Source: Candidatus Eiseniibacteriota bacterium (lineage in GTDB: Bacteria; Eisenbacteria; RBG-16-71-46; DASYSL01). Taken from it: 12,775 bases of DNA. The notes under the pieces were generated by a model that saw only the letters and a program-made list of their open reading frames with translations, did no database searches and was not told the DNA's origin. Made by a program: the position numbers and the translations under genes. Positions 6,960 through 12,775 of the stretch are shown here, in pieces. Numbering within the stretch: position 1 is the stretch's first letter; every line of letters starts with the position of its first letter. The DNA lies in NCBI GenBank assembly GCA_046598045.1, contig JBKJJJ010000170.1:1-12775 (forward strand). The letters are read 5' to 3'.

Positions 6960-9077
6960 GCGCCGCGCCCCCGGAAGCGGGCCACGCGGATTGCGTTCGC
7001 GCTCGACCTTGCGCTCATCGTCGCGGGGCTCGGTCCCGTGCACGGCGCGTACGCGGCCGGCAACGCGGACCTGCCGCACCCGCGGCTCGGTCTCTACGGG
7101 CACGTGCTCGGCACGGGCTCGCCCCTCGTGAACGCGAACGGCACGCTCAATACGACTCTGCTCGACCAGGTCGCGCGCTACGACGCGGTCGTGATCTCCG
7201 CGTCGCCGTTCACCGAGTATCGACCCGACGTGCTCGACCAGTTGCGGGAGCGCAATCCGTCGATTCAGCTCTACGCCTACGTCCAGCCCGACTATGTGTG
7301 GTTCGCGGCCCAGGCCGATTCGCAGGTGAACATTCCCACGCGGGAGTGGAACCTGGTGCGCGACCTCGGCGGCTTCCTCTACGACAAGACCGGTGACGAC
7401 GTGACGGACGCGAACATCAACCTCGCGAAGCGCGTGAACGGCCGCTTTGTCGTCGCCGAGGCGCTGGCGGACTTCTTCCGGCAGACCGTCCTGGGTTCCG
7501 GAAAGTGGGACGGCTTGTTCCTCGACCGCTTCTGCTCGGGCATCCTCTGGGTGCAGAGCCCGAACGACAGCATCGACGTCGTGCGCGCGGGCTATCCCGA
7601 CCAGGCCTCGTTCGACGCAGCGTGGCACGCGGCGAGCGACACGCTGGCGGATCGCCTGCGGCGGCTCGCACTGAACACGCCGGTGCTGATCGGCAACTGC
7701 GCGCAGAGCACGCAGTACGCCTCGCTGAACGGCTGGGCGCACGAGAACTTCCCGCTGCAGAACGGCGGGAGCTGGGACCAGAACCTGTTCCGCGTTCCCG
7801 GGGGTTACCTGGTCGAGGAGGCGAATTTCCGCGCGCCGCAGTCGAACTGGCTGATTTCGTGGGTGACCGACGCGGCGAACCCGTACTCGACCGACCAGAT
7901 GAGGCGCGTGCGCTTCGGGCTCGGCTCGGCCTCGCTGGCGGACGGCTTCGGGGTGTTCAACCCGTCGAACATCGACCCGGCGACGGGTTACATGTCGTGG
8001 TGGTACGACGAGTACGCGGTGAACCTCGGGACCGGGCGCTCCTCGAGCTTGCGCGCGGATACGGGCTGGCTCGGCCGCGCGCTCGGGCCCTACAGCGTGA
8101 TCGCCTCGACCGGGACCGACGACGCGGCCGCGGCGAACCCGGGCTTCGAGGTCGACCTCTCGAACTGGACGCTGGCGACGAACGTCGGATCGACCCTGAC
8201 ACGCGACGCCACGAGCGCGGCGGTGGGCGTGGCCTCGGGCTGCGTGCACGTTCTGGCCGCCGGCACGAGTTCGACCTCGACGCGGCTGACCACCGGGGGA
8301 GTTCTCACGCTCTGGCCGGGGCCGCCGTACGTGGCGACGTTCTGGGCGAAGGCGGCGGCGACACGCTCGATCCGGGCCGCGGCCGTGGACCTGTTCGCCG
8401 GCAGCGAGTACAGCGGCGCGAACGTGACGATCGATGCAACGTGGCGGCGCTACTCGGTCTCGATCACGCCTCCGGCGAGCGGACCGCTCGCCCGGTTGCA
8501 ATTCAATCTCGGGGGCGCTGCGGTGGACGTGTGGCTCGACGACGTCCACTTCGTGCGCACGGGCATCAACCTGTACCGGCGCGACTTCGAGCGCGGAGCC
8601 GTGCTGGTCAACCCGACCGCGACGCCACTGACGCTGCTGCTCGATCAGCCCTACCGACGCATTCTCGGCACGGCGGATCCGGTGATCAACGACGGTTCGG
8701 GCGGCTCGCAGTTCACGGTCCCGGCGAACGATGCGCTGTTCCTCATCCGGGCGACGTGGCTGACCGGAATTCCTTCGGGGCCGCTCGAAGCCGGCGCCGG
8801 CCTGGCGTGGACGGTGGCCGCCCCGAATCCCGCGCCCCCGGGTTCGCGCATGGCCGCGCGGCTCCTCGTCCCGCGCGCGGACCGGGCGACCGTGGGGGTC
8901 TACGATGTCGGCGGGCGTCGCGTGCGCCTGCTGTTCGACGGGCGGCTCGAGCCGGGCGCGCACGCGATCCAGTGGAACGGCGACGACGACCAGGGGCAGC
9001 CGGTTCCGCGCGGCCTGTACTTCCTGCGCGCGACCCAGGGGGGCGCCGTGACCACCCACAAGCTGGTGCGCGCGTGA
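6681..9077 (+). CDS. Fusion ORF: MoaD/ThiS ubiquitin-like domain (aa 1-93) + signal-peptide-like segment + putative glycoside hydrolase (GHL15-like) + CBM4/9-like module + FlgD-Ig-like C-terminal domain
   Basis: One uninterrupted frame. The beta-grasp signature LPTYLR..TV..AL..L...HP..VNLFV..I.IVPAVSGG is followed by RPRKRATR-hydrophobic-AYA, then WDGLFLD (7506-7526), NPGFE...TFWAKA...WRRY...VWLDDVHF (8136-8555), LYRRDFERGAVLVNP, and APNP...VYDVGGRRVRLL...WNGDDDQG...GLYFLR. Confidence 0.8.
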   Translation: MAVCFLLPTYLRPFAAGASRLELSGRAPTVAAALEALRALHPGVLDRVLTEQGDVRPHVNLFVGDESIRHTGGLATPLGDDAEISIVPAVSGGAPRPRKRATRIAFALDLALIVAGLGPVHGAYAAGNADLPHPRLGLYGHVLGTGSPLVNANGTLNTTLLDQVARYDAVVISASPFTEYRPDVLDQLRERNPSIQLYAYVQPDYVWFAAQADSQVNIPTREWNLVRDLGGFLYDKTGDDVTDANINLAKRVNGRFVVAEALADFFRQTVLGSGKWDGLFLDRFCSGILWVQSPNDSIDVVRAGYPDQASFDAAWHAASDTLADRLRRLALNTPVLIGNCAQSTQYASLNGWAHENFPLQNGGSWDQNLFRVPGGYLVEEANFRAPQSNWLISWVTDAANPYSTDQMRRVRFGLGSASLADGFGVFNPSNIDPATGYMSWWYDEYAVNLGTGRSSSLRADTGWLGRALGPYSVIASTGTDDAAAANPGFEVDLSNWTLATNVGSTLTRDATSAAVGVASGCVHVLAAGTSSTSTRLTTGGVLTLWPGPPYVATFWAKAAATRSIRAAAVDLFAGSEYSGANVTIDATWRRYSVSITPPASGPLARLQFNLGGAAVDVWLDDVHFVRTGINLYRRDFERGAVLVNPTATPLTLLLDQPYRRILGTADPVINDGSGGSQFTVPANDALFLIRATWLTGIPSGPLEAGAGLAWTVAAPNPAPPGSRMAARLLVPRADRATVGVYDVGGRRVRLLFDGRLEPGAHAIQWNGDDDQGQPVPRGLYFLRATQGGAVTTHKLVRA

Positions 9078-9706
9078 GCCCGCGCAAGACCTTGCCCATC
9101 GTCCAGCTCGGCGACCCCGTGCTGAGGCACCCCGGCCGCGAGCTCACCCTCGCGGAGATCAAGGGCGCCGAGGTCCAGGCCCTGATCGAGCGCATGCGCG
9201 ACGCCATGCGCAAGGCGCCGGGCGTGGGCCTCGCCGCCCCGCAGATCGGGCTCGGCCTGCGGCTCGCGGTGATCGAGGACCAGGAGTCGTACGTCGACGA
9301 GATGGACGCGGACGAGCGCGTCGCCAAGGAGCGCGACCCGGTCCCGTTCCACGTCGTGATCAATCCCAGGCTCGAGATCGTCGATTCCGCGCCATGCCGT
9401 TTTTTCGAGGGTTGCCTGAGCCTCGCCGGCTTCGTCGCCGTGGTCGCCCGCGCGCACGCGGTGCGCGTGCACTGTCTCGACCACGCGGGCGAGCCCCGCA
9501 CGATCGAAGCCGCCGGCTGGTACGCTCGCATCCTGCAGCACGAGATCGACCACCTCGACGGCACGGTGTACGTCGACCGGATGGAGCCGCGCACGTTCAT
9601 GGACTCGGACGAGTTCGCCCGGCACTGGGGTGGCGAACCCGTCGAACTCGTGCGCGCCGCTCTCGATGCCGCGCGGGGACTCCCGGAGCGTCCGCGCACG
9701 CGCTGA
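9074..9706 (+). CDS. def: Peptide deformylase (210 aa)
   Basis: All three PDF motifs are present: GVGLAAPQIG, EGCLS and QHEIDHLDG. The GTG at 9074 overlaps the previous TGA (GTGA). The track's start at 7505 is a shadow extension. Confidence 0.96.
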   Translation: MSPRKTLPIVQLGDPVLRHPGRELTLAEIKGAEVQALIERMRDAMRKAPGVGLAAPQIGLGLRLAVIEDQESYVDEMDADERVAKERDPVPFHVVINPRLEIVDSAPCRFFEGCLSLAGFVAVVARAHAVRVHCLDHAGEPRTIEAAGWYARILQHEIDHLDGTVYVDRMEPRTFMDSDEFARHWGGEPVELVRAALDAARGLPERPRTR

Positions 9707-9760
9707 TTCCTTCGCGGCCCGCCCGTGGTGTATCGTGCGGGGAAGCGAAAGGAGCTTGCG

Positions 9761-11059
9761 ATGAACCCGACCAGCACGACTGGAACAACGGCCCGCCTCG
9801 AGATCGCCGATAAAACCGTGGAGCTCCCCGTCGTCGTCGGCAGCGAGGGCGAGGTCGGTCTCGACATCCAGAAGCTGCGGGCGGAGACCGGCGCCATCAC
9901 GCTCGATCCGGGCTTCGGCAACACCGGCGCCTGCCAGAGCGCGATCACGTTCATCGACGGCGAGAAGGGAATCCTGCGCTATCGCGGGTACCCGATCCAG
10001 CAACTGGCCGAGCGCGCCTCCTTCCTCGAGGTTGCGTGGCTGTTGCTCGAGGGGGAACTCCCGACGGGCGCCCAGCTCGACACGTTCGGCGGCGAAGTGC
10101 GCCTGCACACGATGCTGCACGAGAACTTCCGCCGGTTCTTCGAGGCATTGCCGAAGGACGCGCACCCGATGCCGACCTGCGCTGCGGCGGTCGGGGCGCT
10201 CGCGACGTTCTACCAGGACAAGGAGACCGACGCGCAGATCCGCATCAACGTGATCCGGTTGATCGCCAAGATGCCGACGCTCGTCGCCTACTCGTTCAAG
10301 CACTCGATCGGGCAGCCGTTCATCTATCCGCGCAACGACCTCGATTACACGACGAATTTCCTGCACATGATGTTCGCCACGCCGTGCGAGGACTACGTGG
10401 TCGACCCGGTCGTGGCCAAGGCGCTCGATCTGCTGATGATTCTCCATGCCGACCACGAGCAGAACTGCTCGACCAGCACGGTGCGCCTCGTCGGGAGCTC
10501 GCATGCGAACCTGTTCGCCAGCGTCGCCGCAGGCATCAGCGCGCTGTGGGGGCCGCTGCACGGCGGCGCGAACCAGGAAGTGATCGAGATGCTCGAACGC
10601 ATCGCGCAGGAGGACGGCAACGCCGACCGCTTCGTCGAGCGCGCGAAGGACAAGGGCGACAACGCCCGGCTGATGGGCTTCGGGCACCGCGTCTACAAGA
10701 GCTACGACCCGCGCGCCGCGATCCTCAAGGACACCTGCCAGGAGCTGCGCAGCCGCCTCGGCAGCGGCGGCCGGTTGCTCGACATCGCGTTCCGGCTCGA
10801 GGAGGTCGCGCTGCACGACGAGTATTTCGTGAGCCGGAACCTCTATCCGAACGTGGATTTCTACTCGGGGATCATCTACCAGATGATCGGGATCCCGGTG
10901 AACATGTTCACCGCGATGTTTGCGCTCGGCCGCATGCCCGGCTGGATCGCGCACTGGCTCGAGATGCGCAAGGACCCGGCGTCGCGGATCGGGCGTCCGC
11001 GACAGGTCTACACCGGCGCGAACGAACGCGCCTACCAGGGGCTCAAAGAGCGGAGCTGA
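9761..11059 (+). CDS. gltA: Citrate synthase (432 aa)
   Basis: SD AAAGGAG at 9748-9754 precedes ATG 9761. Motifs: DPGFGNT, ITFIDGEKGILRYRGY, HADHEQNCST, LWGPLHGGAN, LMGFGHRVYK, YPNVDFYSG, IGRPRQ. Confidence 0.97.
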   Translation: MNPTSTTGTTARLEIADKTVELPVVVGSEGEVGLDIQKLRAETGAITLDPGFGNTGACQSAITFIDGEKGILRYRGYPIQQLAERASFLEVAWLLLEGELPTGAQLDTFGGEVRLHTMLHENFRRFFEALPKDAHPMPTCAAAVGALATFYQDKETDAQIRINVIRLIAKMPTLVAYSFKHSIGQPFIYPRNDLDYTTNFLHMMFATPCEDYVVDPVVAKALDLLMILHADHEQNCSTSTVRLVGSSHANLFASVAAGISALWGPLHGGANQEVIEMLERIAQEDGNADRFVERAKDKGDNARLMGFGHRVYKSYDPRAAILKDTCQELRSRLGSGGRLLDIAFRLEEVALHDEYFVSRNLYPNVDFYSGIIYQMIGIPVNMFTAMFALGRMPGWIAHWLEMRKDPASRIGRPRQVYTGANERAYQGLKERS

Positions 11060-11068
11060 AGCGCGGAT

Positions 11069-11485
11069 TCAGGCGCGGGCGAGGACGATCGAGCCCGCGA
11101 CGATCAGCGCCATGCCGAGCAGGTGGGCGGGGGTCAGCTTCTCGCCCAGGAAGAGCGCGGCCAGTCCGACCGCGACCACCACGCTCAGCTTGTCCACCGG
11201 GGCGACGCGCGACGCCTCGCCCAGCTTGAGCGCGTGGAAATAGCAGAGCCACGACGCGCCGGTCGCCAGCCCCGAGAGCACGAGGAACAGCCACGTGCGC
11301 GAGGGGACGGTGGCCGGCGTCACCACGCCCCGCACCGTTGCGATGCCCCACGCGAACACCAGGATGACCGTGGTGCGGACCGCCGTGGCGAAGTCCGAGT
11401 CCACGTCGCGCACGCCCACCTTTGCGAGGATCGCGGTCAGCCCCGCGAACAGCGCGGAACCAAGCGCCCACGGGAGCCACGTCAT
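11069..11485 (-). CDS. EamA/DMT-family small transporter, single EamA domain (138 aa)
   Basis: MTWLPWALGSALFAGLTAILAKVG..VDSDFATAVRT...LSGLATGASWLCYFHALKLGEASRVAPVDKLS...FLGEKL, with about five transmembrane segments. The track's start at 12070 is an antisense shadow of the GspE-like gene. Confidence 0.92.
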   Translation of the reverse strand: MTWLPWALGSALFAGLTAILAKVGVRDVDSDFATAVRTTVILVFAWGIATVRGVVTPATVPSRTWLFLVLSGLATGASWLCYFHALKLGEASRVAPVDKLSVVVAVGLAALFLGEKLTPAHLLGMALIVAGSIVLARA

Positions 11486-11544
11486 CGCGGGGCCCCGCTC
11501 GAGCGGTCCGGAACGCCGGCAGGGTTTTTGAGCGGGAGCGGCAT
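11482..11544 (-). CDS. Candidate 20-aa leader/small ORF (MPLPLKNPAGVPDRSSGAPR) coupled to the EamA gene
   Basis: A GGAGG SD (11551-11555) lies 6 nt before ATG 11544. The TGA overlaps the EamA ATG (ATGA), and EamA has no clear SD of its own. Confidence 0.5.
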   Translation of the reverse strand: MPLPLKNPAGVPDRSSGAPR

Positions 11545-11570
11545 GGCGGTCCTCCGAGGGTGAGGGCGCC

Positions 11571-11599
11571 ATGTTGCATCGCCGGCCCGTGCGCGGCAA
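11571..11599 (-). promoter_or_regulatory. Putative sigma-70-type promoter for the leader ORF-EamA unit
   Basis: The minus strand reads TTGCCG-N17-CAACAT, placing a start site roughly 10 nt upstream of the GGAGG SD. Confidence 0.4.
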
Positions 11600-11713
11600 G
11601 CGCGGCGTGGGGCGCGGCCTAAGAATCCGCTTCAGCTTCCAGTCCTCCTGCCGATACCGACCGTGTCCGGCGTTCCCTCGCGCTTGGGTTCCCCGCCGGC
11701 AGGGAGGCAGTTC

Positions 11714-12775
11714 CTGAATCGTCGCCCGCAACGAACCGGGCGCAATATCACGGCGATCCTGCTCGAGGCCGGTGTGGTCTCCGAGGAGCAGGTGGAGCGT
11801 GGCGTATTGCGCCAACGCGAAACCGGGTTGCGCATCGGCGAGACGCTCGTCCAGTCGGGCGCGGTCACCGAGGAAGACGTCGGCTGGGCGCTTTCGCGCC
11901 AGCTCGGCCTCACTCTCGTGGACATCGACCCGGGCATGCTCGACTTCGAGCTCGTGCGCGCGTTCCGCGAATCCGTCCTGAGGCGGAGCGACGCCCTGCC
12001 GCTGCTGCGCCAGGGTGCGATGGTGTCGTTCGCCGTCGCCGATCCCACCGACAACGAGGTCATCGACCATCTCGAGGAGGCCTGCGGCGGCCCGGTCGAC
12101 CTGTGCGTCGGGACGCCGACGTCGATCCGCCGCGCGCTCGACGCCGTGTTCCGCCCCGGCCCGAGCGCGGTGTCACCCATCCCGGGCGCGCCGGTGAGCG
12201 GCGCCCCGACGCCGACGCCCGCCGACGGCGCCTACGACGTGGTGTGGGAACGCTCGGGCGCCACGTTCCTCGCGTTCCACGTCTCGAGCGCATTCAAGCG
12301 CGGCGTGAGCGAGTTGCATTTCGAGCCGCGCGACGGCCAGCTCCACATCCAGTACCGCGCAGGAGCGCGCCTCGAGCCCGTGGCGATCGAGCCGCTCTCG
12401 ACGCTCGACGGGCTGCTGGCCCGACTCGAGTCGCTCGGCGGCCCCGCGCTCGCCGGCGCGGTCCACGTGCGGGGCGCGCTCAGCTGCCCGACGCCGGGCG
12501 GCGACCTGCCGCTCGACGTCTCGCTGCTCGCGACGGCGTTCGGCCCCAGCGTCACGCTCTGCCTGCGTCCGACCTCGACCACGGTGCCCACGCTCGAGGA
12601 GCTCGGCATCGACCCGGTCGATGCCGCGACGCTCCGCGGCGCGCTCGCCGCGCGCGCGGGTCTCGTGCTGGTCTGCGGTCCGCCCGGCGCGGGCGGCTCG
12701 ACCACGCTCGCCGCCCTGCTCGCGGCCGCCGAGTGCGAGGGCTCGCGCGTGCTCGCATTCGAGCCGGGCCCGACC
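11714..12775 (+). CDS. Partial (3'-truncated) GspE/PilB-family type II secretion / type IV pilus ATPase homolog with MshEN-like N-domain and degenerate Walker A
   Basis: Manually translated; absent from the track because there is no stop in the window. Sequence: ..ILLEAGVVSEEQV..RQRETGLRIGETLVQSGAVTEEDVGWALSRQLG.., AVADP, SELHFEP..IQYR, LDVSLLATAFGPSVTLCL, LEELG, GLVLVCGPPGAGGSTTL. The start is uncertain: CTG 11714 follows GGAGG by 6 nt, while in-frame GTG 11663 and TTG 11684 lack an SD. Confidence 0.88.
   Translation, partial: MNRRPQRTGRNITAILLEAGVVSEEQVERGVLRQRETGLRIGETLVQSGAVTEEDVGWALSRQLGLTLVDIDPGMLDFELVRAFRESVLRRSDALPLLRQGAMVSFAVADPTDNEVIDHLEEACGGPVDLCVGTPTSIRRALDAVFRPGPSAVSPIPGAPVSGAPTPTPADGAYDVVWERSGATFLAFHVSSAFKRGVSELHFEPRDGQLHIQYRAGARLEPVAIEPLSTLDGLLARLESLGGPALAGAVHVRGALSCPTPGGDLPLDVSLLATAFGPSVTLCLRPTSTTVPTLEELGIDPVDAATLRGALAARAGLVLVCGPPGAGGSTTLAALLAAAECEGSRVLAFEPGPT

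Noticed and set aside
7505..9073. Apparent 523-aa N-terminal extension of peptide deformylase
   Set aside because: Off-frame overlap with the hydrolase region and low-complexity Arg/Gly translation. The real start is GTG 9074.
9707..9740. Possible internal promoter for gltA (TATCGT at 9731-9736)
   Set aside because: No convincing -35 or extended -10 element; too weak to list as a feature.
5311..10954. Long minus-strand ORFs (5311-6780, 6609-9059, 8743-9954, 8900-10954)
   Set aside because: They mirror well-supported plus-strand genes. Their length is explained by stop-codon scarcity in high-GC DNA.
11057..11071. TGAA...TTCA inverted repeat at the convergent gltA/eamA junction
   Set aside because: Formed largely by the two opposing TGA stop codons. 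The stem is too short for a terminator.
11486..12070. Apparent 195-aa N-terminal extension of EamA
   Set aside because: It is antisense to the GspE/PilB-like gene and crosses the divergent promoter region. EamA similarity begins at MTWLPW.

Overview
Very GC-rich bacterial chromosomal window with no mobile element, RNA gene or CRISPR array visible. Most long ORFs in the track are GC-rich shadow frames. Gene order: (+) 3' end of a membrane-protein gene overlapping a YyaL/SSP411-type thioredoxin-domain gene; (-) a small secreted Arg/Gln-rich protein behind a sigma-54-type promoter; (-) a TonB-dependent receptor with His-rich motifs; then a divergent (+) operon of an Asp-box (BNR) beta-propeller with a Lys/Ala-rich tail, a 798-aa ORF, peptide deformylase and probably citrate synthase; (-) a single-domain EamA transporter preceded by a coupled 20-codon leader ORF; (+) a partial GspE/PilB-family gene that the ORF track misses. 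Two features stand out. First, the 798-aa ORF joins a complete MoaD/ThiS ubiquitin-like domain (ending VSGG) in frame to a signal peptide, a putative glycoside hydrolase, a CBM4/9-like module and an FlgD-Ig-like tail; this is either a ubiquitin-style precursor fusion or a fusion caused by a small deletion. Second, the GspE/PilB homolog lacks the Walker A lysine and has a degenerate first MshEN repeat, so it is a probable pseudo-ATPase. All family calls come from motif recognition by eye, not from database searches.
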